A stretch of DNA of 64,000 nucleotides. It comes from Lepidodermella squamata (taxonomy: Eukaryota; Animalia; Gastrotricha). The translations under genes and the position numbers were made by a program. The notes beneath the pieces were generated by a model. It did not search any database, was not told the origin of the DNA, and worked only from the letters and a program-made list of their open reading frames with translations. Position 1 is the first letter of the stretch; every line of letters begins with the position of its first letter. The stretch is from positions 2,294,001 through 2,358,000 of the forward strand of contig JBLDXI010000009.1 of assembly GCA_047495785.1 (NCBI GenBank), read 5' to 3'. Below are positions 49,124 through 62,327 of the stretch, in pieces.

Positions 49124-52100
49124 TTAAGGTAAATCGTTGACATTGACCGATGGAAGATCGTAGCTTTGGTCGCCGCCTAATAGGCTGAAAGTCGACGCCG
49201 AAAGAACAGAACTCGGGTTGCCGGGCGACGGCTGGTCAGTCGCCATTGTCGAGCTGGACTGGGCGGAATTTGACGAACCAGGGCCGCCGTTATTGTTGTT
49301 GTTGCCATTTCCTCCTCCGTTGTTGTTGTTGTTGTTATTCCAGGAATTATACGGCATCATCTGCGCGGCCATCATCGAGCGGTGCTGGCGGAAGAGCTGC
49401 TGCGCCGCCGCCAGGTCTTCGTCGACGCCGGGCGGCAGCGGGCCGGTCGAGTAGTACGACGCCGCGTTGTTGCTGATCGTCGGCGTCGCCGCCGTGTCGT
49501 TCGGGCCCGACAGCTTGAGCAGTTCGCGCATCAGCGGCTTTATGGCCCATTGCTTGAGAAATGGCACAACCGTTTCGTACGTCGTCGATAGGCTGCGAAG
49601 TTCGCGCAGCTTGACGATCAAATCCGCAAACAACACCCCGCAATTACTGAAAAAAATCAGAATTAAATTTAAAATTAAATTATTGAAAATTTAAAAAAAT
49701 CGAAAATAATTTGCTTATGTGTGTTATCGAAATATTAAAACGCAATGTTAGCATCTATCGAACAGAAACGATTGCTCGTGTACGGAAATTGTACAAAAAT
49801 CTTAGTGGATACCGTTGCTTTATCCAAATTATCTGAGGATTTTGAAACCTGAAATTTAGAAGGCAACTATATCTTGATACTGGAACTCGAGCTTTTATAA
49901 AATAATTATATCGCCACAATTAAGGTTACAGCACTTTTCGTAATTTTTGTAATTATAAATTTTTTTCATAATTTTCCTTTTCTATTTCAAAAAGAATGCC
50001 CTATTATTTTCATTTTATTAACCTGTTATCCTAAGGTATGTGGCATAATTTTCAATGTTGGCCTCTCAGACTGCTAATATCGGAAAAATCACTGATTTGT
50101 GAAATCGGTCTACCGACCTTATCTTCCCGACGGTTGCGCAAACCGGCTACTTTTGTTTGCCGACTTTTTCACTCCGTCAATTCATTATCGAAAATTAATT
50201 ATTCTTCAACATTTTCCAACCGACGACTGCGCATTAACATTTCAATTAACAATAAATTTTTTATTTGCGACATTTTTGGACCGACAAAATTTACCCGGCA
50301 TTATCGCCCCGTCAGTCTTTTATCGACAATAGATTCCCGACGGTTGGCAAGTAAATATTCAATCAGCACTTCAACCCCGTGGCAAACCCCGCGGCAAATG
50401 AAAGCAAATGAGTTGAGTAAAAGGGCCGTTCATTCATCAGGCCGTTCGGTCATATTGTTTTTACCCACTGCCTCGGCGACCTTTCGTGGCGCCTGCATGA
50501 CTGTTACTAAGGACTAGCCGGGCCGGAAACCGGCTTACGCTAGTATCGGTTCTCGGACTAGGTTTTCCAACATTGTATCGGGTTCAGCCCGGCATTCGTA
50601 AAAACGAAAACCATGTTAAGTTATAGAGCGCGGCAGCAAGTCATGGATCAAAGTTCTCGTCCTGGGTCATCAGATGGCGATTGGTCGCCTCAAATTGTTC
50701 AACATGTCGGCTGGAGTCTCGGAAAGCGTTGAAAAGCTACCTCGGAAACCTTAGGTCTAAAATCACGAAATTAGACAGTTTCGTCAATTATAGATCAAGT
50801 AAGTTGGGCCCTGGGTCGTTTTTTTGGGTCCTAGGTCTTGGACATTAAGTTCTGCGAGAGCGCTCATCCTTATACCAGTAATAATCACCCCAATTCATTT
50901 ACCGAAAGCATGAATTCAGATACCAAAACAGATTTCATGCTTTCGGTAGATGAATTAGGGTGATTTGTGAGCAAGAATTCAGATAAATTTTGAAAATCGG
51001 TGTATTAGGATACTCCCAAAGCCCCAATTGGGGGAATTCAAAAGCTAACAGCCGATTAGGGTGATTTTTTCTGGTGTAGGCTGAATGTGGCCACAACGCG
51101 TTGCGAAGGGAGCTGAAGTAAACTTCTTTGCATGTGGAGCAATCACCGGCGATTTCGTCGGGCGTCGGGCTAGTTCCCAAGACCCAAGAACTTCTAGCGC
51201 GATGGCAATAACGTCGCGGCAATAAGTACGCAACTGTTTGGCGACTTGGAAATTATGAAAAATTACCGTAAACTACAGTATAGAGGCCGCGGCGATTATT
51301 AAGGTGCGGCGATTATTCGGGTGCGGCCTTTATTCAGGATGCGGCCTTTATACTGTAGTTTACGGTATTTCGAATTAATAATTATTTTTATCTAATGAAC
51401 AACTGTCGGAGGGGAAATGCCGTATTGAAAAAATATAAAATTACGAAAATTGACGTTAAACAAAAGTCGGGATGCAAATTTCAAATGAATAATTCGGATA
51501 AATATATTTTCTATAATTTAAATCTGTGCGGAAACATCGAATGCGCAAAAGTAGCCGGTTTCAAAAAACGTCGGGAAGAGATTGACGCTACACGGTGAAA
51601 TCGATAATGAAAATCGATATCGGCACTCAAAGCGTAAACTGCCAGCAAAATACGCGTAATAGTGAGTGCATTCGGTTAGGCATGACATTTATAAAAAATT
51701 AATCCAAAAATAGAAATGAAAATCGAAAAACTCTAATTTAGGAAATTTATAGCGCTGACGCCTCAAATTTAGTACTAGAACCACACTATTCACAAAAAAG
51801 TAGAACGTAGACATTAATGATTTTAGCACTTCCTCCACGTTATGCGTGGTTGATACAAAGTCTTGGACTTTTATGAGAATATATAGCCTTTTAGATATCA
51901 AGTGACATCAAGGAAGATCAATAAATTCACGACGGCAGATGAGTAAACATAAAAATGTCCTCAACTACCAACTTAAGGGTCATGGGATTAAGTGCACATG
52001 TTGGTCCTAAAAATGTTGAGCAGCAAAATCGCTCGCTCAAATTATTTTAAGGTAAAATGAGAGATTTTGGCAGTAAAAATTGCAACAAAAATTTACCAAG

Positions 52101-55100
52101 TTGCACGCATCGTTTGAATGTAATGCTGAAGTGCAGTTGTGTATCGTTCCTGTACGCGGGCAACGGCCGGTCGGTCGATAAGTTCGGCTCGGTCGTCGCT
52201 GAATAGCGTCACCAAAAGCAACAAGATGAGCATCACATCATCCACCTTAATTTAATAAAAATTTCATTAATTTAAATTTTTTGAATATTAAAATTTCAAA
52301 CTGACCTGCAATTTAAGTTTGAGAGTTTCGACAAGCTTGACAAGGCCATCGACGATGATGCTGTCGACCATGCGGCGCAGTTCCGAGCTGTGGATGCCAA
52401 AGTAGTTTGGGTCATCGGTCGGGTCTAGGAACATGTGCGTCTCCGGGTTGTAGGTCAGCGCCGATCGCAAGATGAGCAGGTCGAGAGCGCCGCCGCGCAA
52501 CAGCGACTTTTGATCGTCCAAATTCAGCGAGCGGAACAACTGAATATTCTTGAACATGGATACCATGCGGCGGAAGCTAATCTCGGACACGTTCAGCAAA
52601 TCTTCCTGGCACGTCACGCCGTTGCCGACTGTTGTCGGTGTACTGCTCACATCCTGCATTACTAGCAGCGAATTTTTCCACGCAGTTACGGCTTCATCGA
52701 TTAGGTGACAGTCATCCACCGTCAACTCGTTGGCACTCGGCGGGATGTAATAGCCCTGGATGAAGCAAAAGCAAATGTGTTTAATAACAGCATCTCGAGC
52801 GAATTTTCTCAAATTCTGAACAACTTGAGTCAAAAATGTATTTTTCGAATACTCTAACTAGACACAAACAAATTTGACGACTTCAACTCAGGTTTCCTTA
52901 AATTTGAAAATCATTTTAAAATAGTAAATTAATTTTTAATTATTCAATTATTTTTTTATTCAAATTTAAAATTGTCAAAAGTTAAATCTCTACCCAATGA
53001 GTCTTGCCGCTTGAATTTTTGAATGGATAGCGAGATTCCTCGCCACAGAATACCTAAATTAGAAAACGAATCAGTGTTTGAGATTGACAGCTAATTTTCA
53101 AGTGAGGCGGCAAAATTTTTGAATTTGAAATTCTCAATTTTGCACAATGAAAATTGGTTCTCAAAACACCTTTCTGAGTGATCGACAATTTTTCAAAAAT
53201 CGATGATATATGAAAGTATTGGTAGCGCTGAAAAGCCCAAGAGGCGATCCATTTTTCAGTGAAATTTGCCAATTTTTATTAGTCCACTAATGGATAATCA
53301 GGGCCCAAAACTCAAAGTGTCCACTTTTGGGGTAAATTTTCAATTTTTCGAGGGTAAATTTTTCAACTCATTTTTCAGCGATCTTGCTGGCTATCAGCCT
53401 CGTTTTTAATGTTTCAATCATTCATTGATCTTGAAAATTACACAAGACTAAAAATGTTGCCAACCCCTGATTTCCAAAATTTAAAAACAAGGTGAAATAA
53501 TGCGATTAGATCCATTTTCATTAAGACGGATTTTTTTCGAAGAAAATGGCGAAATGTGAATAAAATCAGCTGATGTATTGTAATATGATAAGCTCCCCTT
53601 CCAAGAAAATCACGAAATGCGTGATTTGAACGTGATAAAATTCAAAATTCTGAACTTGTCCCTGAAAAACCTCGCACGCAAATACGTCGTGAATTTCTAA
53701 ATCTAAAAGTTGAGAATCAAATTAATTAAAAACGAAATGAAAGTCCTATACTTTAAATTTCTGAATGATTTATTCAAATGCAATGACTCTTACCTGTTGG
53801 TCGTACTGCATCGGCTCTGACTTGTATTGTTTACCGGCCCTATCGTAGCCAGCCGAGCCCGGTTGAGGTGAGACGTTTTGACTACGATTCGCCGACTGGA
53901 ACGACGAAGCTGAAGGGCTGCGTTTTTTCCCACCAAATCCGCCGCTTTCGTGCCCGCCAAACGCCTGCGAGCTGCTCGCGCTGTTACCGTCCGGGTACGT
54001 GTCTTCATCCTCCGACATGTGGCTCGACGTCGACAGCACAGAGCCGTCCTTGCTCTTGGTCGAACCGCCGCCTGTCTCACGTTTGCGTTGCTTCTGCTCC
54101 TCGCTCTGAATATACTCGATTCGCATGCCGACGCGGAAGCACTTGCGCAAGCGACACCGGCGGCACAGCTTCCGGTTCGCCTTGTCGATTTGGCAATTAT
54201 CGTTGTACGCACATCGAAGACTTGACTACACAATTAAACAAATTAATTTAATTTGACTTTAATTAATTAATTAATTAATTTAATTTAATTTAACTATCTA
54301 TTTGTTCAGAATTGCCTTACGACAAATAAATTAAAGGAAAAATTTGTCCGTTTAAAATTTTCGTAGGCGACCCTGCCAAGCTGTCCGAGGATGACATGTT
54401 TTCATGATGTGATGACATGATTAATTTAACAAAACCACAAAAATTGCTCGTATATCATAATAAATGTGAGGTTTGAAAAGTTCACGTGAAAGCTGAGACT
54501 AGATTAGAGTATCAAATTCCCTCCGTTTTTACGAGAGCCATTCAACGCGTAAATAAAAAGTCCGACATCGACAATTTAGTGAGTACAAAAAATTATTATT
54601 ACCAGTTTTTGCGCATTCCTCCTGAAGAACGCTTTGCAGGACTCGCAAGAAATTGCGTCGAAATTATAGCCGAGCGCTTTATCGCCGCAAACCGTGCAGA
54701 TTTTTGCGTATTTCCGTTGCGTATGCGGCTTCGGCGGAACAACCGACCCGTCTGATGAGTGGCGCGGCACTTTCTGCGGCGTCGACCCGGTCGAGCTCGG
54801 CACAGCACTGGTCGACGCCCTGGCCGAGCCAGTAGGCACGGGTAGTGACTGTAACGACGAAAGCCGCGAGTGATTTACGGCGATGTCTGCCAGGTCTAGC
54901 AGATGCGTATGCGCGACCGCGCTCAGATCCGACAACTGCGGCCTGGCCTGGCCGACAGGCAACGAGGCCGAAACTCGTAGCGGGTTATTGTTACCTGACT
55001 GGTGGTACTGATGTGCCTGAAGAGCCGCTGTGAAGCTGACCTGCTGCTGCTGGGATATGAACGCTGACCCGGGCTGATCGTTGATATTCTGGGCCTGCGC

Positions 55101-55167
55101 CTGGGCTTCGTCACTTGTCTGCCGGTTGCTGTTCAGCATCATCTCGACGGCATGCAAACGACGGCTG
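49124..55167 (-). CDS. HR96: NR1J-group nuclear receptor (HR96 / NHR-8 / DAF-12 / NHR-48 family)
   Basis: [32 protein letters not shown] (CESCKA P-box typical of NR1J) and [30 protein letters not shown]; [38 protein letters not shown]; AF-2 PLMRELL. Exons ~54603-55167, 53794-54225, 52306-52756, 52097-52245, 49124-49646. Exact orthology within NR1J and the true 5' end are unresolved. Confidence 0.9.
50883..50965. repeat. 83-nt near-perfect hairpin (32-bp arms, 19-nt loop) in HR96 intron
   Basis: aatcaccccaattcatttaccgaaagcatgaa vs ttcatgctttcggtagatgaattagggtgatt: 30/32 complementary. Confidence 0.8.
51266..51365. mobile_element. 100-bp MITE (Tc2/pogo-like CCGTA termini) in HR96 intron
   Basis: 25-bp TIRs ccgtaaactacagtatagaggccgc / gcggcctttatactgtagtttacgg (1 mismatch), TA on both flanks, internal tgcggc..tatt direct repeats. 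Confidence 0.9.
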
Positions 55168-58100
55168 ACAAATTACAAAATCCACTCTTATAATTTTTTG
55201 CTTTAACTAAAATGAGTAAAAAGTATAGGTAATTCACAGGTTACAAGGTCAAGCGTTATGATAAACAAAAAAAACGCGCAACACCACCGGCGGAATAGAT
55301 GAATTTAAAATGAGCATTTAACTGATGAACGACGAACAAAAAATGCGACGTTTAATACAGCGAGGTGAAAGATCAAATCACTCTGGGTAGGTTTAATGGA
55401 AAAAGCGTGAGAATTATTCACGCGACGGCTTCGTTTCCGTCACGCCGTAATTTTCCATTTTTCCCTCAGAAGAATATAATTGCCGTCCAGGTGGATACGC
55501 GATGACGGATATAGCAAAGACGTGGATTCGATTTTTTCGCTACAATAAAAACGAGCCCACTTTTTTAAGGAATTGCAGGTTATTTTATCTACCTATAGAG
55601 GCTAGGAGCTCAAGAACAATCTGATAAGACGGGGTCACAGATAAGTAATAATTATTATCACTATGGGAGACGAATCATCCCAGAAGCCGGTATCTTAATA
55701 ACACGACGAAGAAATCGAGGGTGAAAATAAATAGGAAAAATCGAATTTCCCCAATAAAACCGGACTGGATTATTTTTAATACTGCGACGGAAAAGTTTGA
55801 TTACTATGGGATGGAAATGAAGCAAACGAGAAATGTTATTAAAAATCTCACGTGTGAGCCAAATCTACATGTAGTAAGAAGTAAGAAAAATTCGGATATT
55901 ATTAGATGCAGCAGAGAGCTGTTCAACATCGGCGATCTATCGCGAACATTTTTTGTGTTCTCTGCTATAGGGCAATAGTATAGTAATAATGACTGTATGT
56001 GGTAAAGATACTACTATGATGTCTTGTCTCGTTTTTTCTGAGATGGCTGATGCGTTTTTTCCGCAGCACACGACGAGGAACGGCATAGTATTGATCGGGA
56101 CCGCATGTAAGATGCAGCAACAGCACTGGGTATAATAAAAAACGAGCATGGCTAACAGAAAGGAGAAAAAACACAGCTATATGCGTGTGAGTAGAGTGAT
56201 ACGAAAAAAATCGATGTAATATAGCGGCAGTACTACGATTTATTCATAATAATAAGGCGTGTACATCGCAGCGGTTTCGTTTGCCAGAAGTTCAAACGAG
56301 TGCAAATGCCTGTGTAATGTCTCTATATTATACCTACTGAAATGAATAATGATAATGTTTTTGTTGCCTTTTTGCCCGGCCATTTTATTACCTATGTGCC
56401 TGCCTGTCAGCAGAAAAAGGTGAAGCACTGCCATTATTATATCAGTGTTATTATCAGCTACTCTCGCAAAAACCAAACGATAAAGAGGAGATTACGGCTT
56501 TCTCGGGTCATGTAATATTGCGTTATTAGATGAGAGTTGTTTCTACAGCTAAACAGGCGTGGGTTTGGGCTTGATTTCACGCGCCATGCGTCTTTCCTAT
56601 GCCAACCCCATGAAATTGAGCGCAATGAATTATTTTGGCGGTAAAGAAATGAAGAATTGAAGTAAAACAAAAGGGGACATTATGCCACACGTCCACTCAG
56701 GCCATCCAGGCGTAAGACGAGTGCACTTTAACGAAGAACTTATTCGGCCAGGTAACGGCATTATTATTAGCCCACTTTCCCACATATTTTACTGACAAGC
56801 GAAGCGCATCTGGTAAAAACGTGAAGTTGAAATAAATCTCGCTAGCAATGACTTTTTTAGCGCCAAGCCAACGCTGATACTACCGGCACCTCGTCATTTT
56901 TTTAAATCGCCAATAAATCATTTTTAGCCTTAATTGCTTTTTGATGGGCTGTCTAATAAATCATTAATACCGTGTAGAGCATGTGTCGGTGGACAAAATC
57001 AAAATAATCATCACCCACCTGCCACTTTTGTCGTTGAAAATGAAACAAAGCAAAACGTCTATGTATAAAGAAAGCCCTGGAAAATCGTTTAATATCCAGC
57101 ATTTCGCCTGGGAAATGAAGGTCGAATTCCAGCTAACTAATTTTCAAATTGGAACCTTTGTCCAGAGTTTTCTTTCAAATATTTACGCTGGCTCTTTTGC
57201 TGCAAAAGCCTTCCTTCATCAAACCAGAACGCCCTGACTTTTTCGTGTTCTAATCGTCCTATAAGACTGATATAGCTATGCCATGCATCCTGTGGTTTCT
57301 TTCGACTATCGACGATAAAACCTTTGTCCCAAAAAGTTGTGGGTAAGCTGGATTCTACTAGACATCGAACTCGTGTAGACTGAAGTCGCGGGGAAACCTC
57401 TCAATTATGACTCAGCAAATCCGCCGTCGATAGCTATTATTAAAACCACGCATGAAAAGTGACGCAAACATGGCAACAACTTTATCGTTTTATTTACAAC
57501 ATTTTTCTATCGATATTTTCTCTCTTGAAAAGAAATTGCGATTGGAGAAAATTCTTTCCTTCAATATCACGAATTTCAAGTTTTCAAGAATATTTTAAAA
57601 GTTTCGTCATCATATTATAGAGGTGGATAATTTATAGATCAATAAAAAATGTATAGATTTTTTCAACGAAGTTCGCACAGAAAAAGATGATAATGGACTC
57701 GGTTGAAAGGAGAAAGCGCTCATCCTCACCTCTCTGCAGTTTCAAGATCGAAAGAAAATAACAGTTATTTGAGCGGTTTGATTCGAGGGAAGCGTTGGCA
57801 ATAACATCACATCAGAAATAGATTAACCTGCGCTCATTAAACGCACATTTCGCCCTCAAGATTTTATGACATGGAAGAAAAATAAAGCTGACGTAAATAA
57901 TACAACTACAACGAGATGATGTTACACGTGTGCACACAATATATTTCAATCACATAAATCAGTCAAAATTTTTGCACATTTTTTGTCCTATAATCCCCGT
58001 TTCAGAAAGGTCATGCAAAAATTGCTAAAAAAATACTACCCCCGTTAAGAATAACTTCGGCTCTACGACAGTAAAATTGAACTGAGGGAAAGCCTAGCAT

Positions 58101-58204
58101 GACCTTCCGAAATCAGAGAAGAACTACTATTACTGCTCATTTTATAGTTTTTAAAATTTTAACTTTTCTAAAAAAAATGGAGAAAAAAAATTGAAAGCGC
58201 CTTG

Positions 58205-61200
58205 CTAAATCATGCGATTTGAAGGTGGTGGAATGTTGGGCGTGCGTTGGCCCCGCCACAAGGTATCGACAGCCGGCAGCTGCCCGGCAGCGCCCATCAA
58301 CAAGGTGCTGCTGTTGCCATGCGCCGGGGGTGGTTGCTGATACGCCTGATTCGCTGCAATCGCAGCGACAAACGACGAAATGGCGTTGTCCGTGCTGAAA
58401 TCCGCCGCCCCGCCGTCGTCGCCGTTACAAATCGCCGATGCCAACTCATCGACCTGTTCGTCGGTGATGGATATCGATGCAACACGTTTCCGCGTCGGCG
58501 TCACGTCCGGCAGCCGGTAATTATTAGCCGCTTGAAATCGCTGTTGCTGTTGTTGCTGCTGTTGCTGCTGATTCGGCGCGTTCGACATCGGTGGGAAATA
58601 AACGCTTAAATTTTGCTGCTGGTAAAACGGCAACGCCGTGGTAGTTGGGCGTTGGTAGGCAGGGTGGTAGAAAGACGGGGCCTGGACGCAGACGTTAGGC
58701 GGTGCTGGAGAGGGTGCTGTAGCTGCTGGGCCGTACAAATTGTAACCGACATAATTAGACGCCGGTAGTTGAGTTTGCGCAAAAAATCGACCAGTGGCAG
58801 TCGGTGCGAACATTGACACCCCTTCCGGAACCTGGAGCCACGACGCCCCGCCTGACCACGGGTTGTAAGCCGTATGAGCAGCAGCGACTGTTATCGGCCA
58901 GCCAGCATTTTGAGTATCGCAATAATTATTCGCCCCACCCAGGTCTTGTTGATAACTTTGAAAACCCTGCTGCTGCTGCTGCTGGAAACGGCCGTACTGT
59001 TGAGCGTCAGATTGCTGCTGCTGTTGGCTATGGAGGGCAGCGTCGCTTTCGGGTGATCGAATGTTGGTCAGCGTTGCATCGAATGCGGTTGGCGGGTCGA
59101 AAATTGAGGCCGCGCTTCGGTCGTCGTCGTTATTAGCAGCGACAAGACTTGCAGCAACATTGGCCGGCATCAGTCCGCTTATTGAAGGCGTCATGCAATC
59201 ATGAATTTCTGCAAAAAAACAATAAAAATCATGTACTGTAAAAGCTCTTATTTTGGAGAAAACCATGTTTTTCTCGGGTCCAGAATATGTCAGGAAAAAA
59301 TCATAAAAATTTAAAACTTTCAGGATATGGTTGCCGATTTCCAATGGCTGTGCAAATTTTGAGAATTTTATTTTTCTTATTTTTTATTTTATTTCAAGAA
59401 ATTCGGAATTCGGAATTCGGACCGTAGTTTTAAAAATGTAAAATTGCCCATCTCATTTTTTCCATCAAATCATTTTTCACTGTCATAAAATCGAAGCAAT
59501 AAATTTTACCAGGATATGGGTCAATTAAAAATTCAGAGAGAAACGCAAAAATTGAATAATCTTCGGAAAAAACAGAAACATGGACTAACCATCAGTCGGT
59601 GATCCCAGAGGGTCATTAATGTTTTCTCGGGGTTCGCCAACACCATCATTTTCATAAGACGGCAACGTAGCATTTGTGGTCTTTAAATCAGCAGGGATGC
59701 TCGAACTTGAGCCATGCCTCGAACCAGCCCCGCTACTGTGAAGACTTGCGTGAGACCTAGGAGCTTCATCAGCAGCTGAATTCTTGTTAACATTCGTAAG
59801 ATTCACACCGCCGCTATCAGTTGCATTTGACTCGGTTCGGTTGCGTCGCAAATCCAGATGGACGCCGAAGTCGTCGTCGCCATTAGTCGCCGAAACAGAA
59901 TGAGCATTACCGATTTCATCATTATTCGTCGGATTTTCCTGAAAATTCGACATGGCAGTCTCTTCGTCATTCTGATGAGTTTGACGTTGCTCTTGCTCTT
60001 GATGCTCCATATGGCAAAAGCCGTTATCGATACCGTTCATACCAGGCGAGGGTGTCTGCTGGTAAGTAGGCTGTTGATAAAAATTCGGAATCGTAGCGAA
60101 AGTAACATCGTCGGACGAGGCGCCCAGAGTGCGACAGAAATCAGCATAGCCGTCTTGACCAACACTGCCACAGCGCGGGCGAATGGGCTGCTGTTGAACC
60201 ATACTCATCCGGCGACCAGTGCTGCCGTTGCTTTGCTGACCGCCTGGCTCAGGCGCCGGAGTTTGTTCGCACGGTATTTGCTGATTCATCATTTCCTCCA
60301 TCGATATGTTGTAGCCGAGTTCTTGCAGCAATTTGTAGTACTCGGGCAGCGTGTTTTTCAGCTGCAGGATAAAATCACTGCTCGATACCGTTATACCCTC
60401 GGCTAAATCGATCGGACTTTCGTCGGGCACTGGGCTGTTGATGACCTGCTCGAAATGCTGCACCATTCGCGGGTCGTCCAACGGCGGCGGCGCACTCGTT
60501 TTTATTGCTAGCTTATGATAGGCATCGGCCCAAAATTGAGCAGTCGCACGCAGTTGCATTAGTCGAAAATGGCACTTGTTCAATAATTGCCGCATTAGCT
60601 ATAATAAAAAAAAATGGCAATTTAATGAATGAAAAATCTTCCTTAAAAAAATACTATCACGCACAAACAACAATAACAGAAAAAATAATACCATTTCTTC
60701 CTGCTTTTTCTTATCACGTGACCGCCTGGCTGCCTCGTTGTTTTTCGCCCGGCGTACCAGGTACTGCCGACGACTTCGCTCATCGGTAAACACGCGGTTG
60801 GCACTGCTTTGAGCGCTCGACGGCTGTGCCGACCCGTTTTGGCTACTTGCCGGCTCTGACGGCGACAAATGCGGGGTCGTCTCGCCGCTGGCTAACGAAG
60901 ACATGGCTGGCAAATCGCGATCTGCCGCCATTGGCATGGGAGGGCGGCTCAAATTGGCCACCATGCCAAGATCGCAAGTCGACGGCAAACGCTGCTGGCG
61001 GTAATAGTCATTTTGATTAAGACGCGGGGCAGTTAACGGCAAGCCTGAACCAGCCTGATCGAGATCGACCATAAATCTATAAATCAGACAAATGTCAGAT
61101 TTTATTATTTCATGATTCGAGAGCAGACCTGTCGTCATTATCACTGGTATCATTAGCAGGCGTCAAAGTGCAGTGATTCGAGGATCGGAACGGCGATGAC

Positions 61201-61466
61201 GGTGTTTGATTTCGAGCTTTCGTGTAGCGGCCTCGTTTGCCCGGTTCCCGGCTTTGGAACAAATTCTGCCTAGCCGATGATGGCACCTTTTTCGGAGTTT
61301 CGGTAAGACCATGAGGCCTGGATGAACTGTTGATCGAGCTACCGGTCGCCGAGCTGGCACCGCCTAAAGACGAGATCGAAGCTGGCGGAGTGACGGCGTA
61401 AGACGGTTGAAAGACAACGGGCTGTGCTTCCATGACAGAAGACTCCATTTCAGGAGATTTCAGCAT
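58205..61466 (-). CDS. Large bZIP transcription factor with PAR/CES-2/Giant-like basic region and Gln-rich low-complexity regions
   Basis: Basic region YLVRRAKNNEAARRSRDKKKQEE; in-phase exons ~61128-61466, 60692-61077, 59588-60598, 58205-59209; poly-Q tracts. Confidence 0.8.
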
Positions 61467-62327
61467 TACTCCTCAGGAAAATTTAATAATCAAACGAAAA
61501 TTCCTCTGAAATTTCGCATTTATTTTCAAATTAAAAATCGCTAGGAAATAGGGAACTGAAATTAAGGAGATTTTAGAAGATAGGTGGAAATCACGAGTTC
61601 GTCGGGAATCAAGTAGTAGTGCGTAGTGGTTATTGCTGAATAATTAGGAAATCATTCAAAACACAAGACGAACTGAGTTCTTGGGAGCACGTCATCTTGA
61701 ACCGAATAATAAGACCACTCGCGATGGGCGACAATAAAAAAAAACAAAAAATGACCGCAATTATTGATTGACACGCTCTGGTTCGAGGCGCCCGGAAGGC
61801 ACGCGACTTGCAGCCGATGGGCCGGTCGAAAACGCCATTTTATACGTAAACAAAGTAATAAAAAATCATGTGGGTCGATTCCGTGGATTCGCAAAAGCAA
61901 TGCCAGAAATAGTTAAGGTGAAAGTACAAAGACGATTAAGAGGCTCGTATCTTCGTGCTAATTCTAACCGCTTTGCTGCACATTTTCAATTCAATTTTTG
62001 CATGAAAAATCAGAACGTTATGCTGTGGCCGAGGCTATAAGCTTGCTTGCGAGAGTTATCGGGACTCACAGCAGCATTGTTACGCAAGAGGCTTCTGAAA
62101 TGAATCACGTGTTTTTTAGTCATAAACATGTGTCTTAGCATAATTTTTTCAAGTCCCTTTATGAACTCAATATTGTGCCATATTGGGAGAATCACCCAAT
62201 TTTTAACTTGAATCAAACTCATAACCACGTGATATTTTGTCGATTGTCTGCAATAACGAAAAAAATCACAAAAAAACAGTAAAGCAAGAAAAAATTCGCA
62301 AAAATGATTTATTTATTTCATAACATT

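Noticed and set aside
50038-50850. ORFs and recurring ccgac words in the HR96 intron
   Set aside because: Probably decayed repeats, but I could not define termini or a TSD; the ORFs lack coding character.
53290-53470. Possible hAT-like terminus (tgttgccaacccctg) in an HR96 intron
   Set aside because: No convincing matching opposite TIR or 8-bp TSD found.
54486-55157. Naming the NR1J gene specifically daf-12 or nhr-8
   Set aside because: The CESCKA DBD is shared by all NR1J members; a phylogeny is needed.
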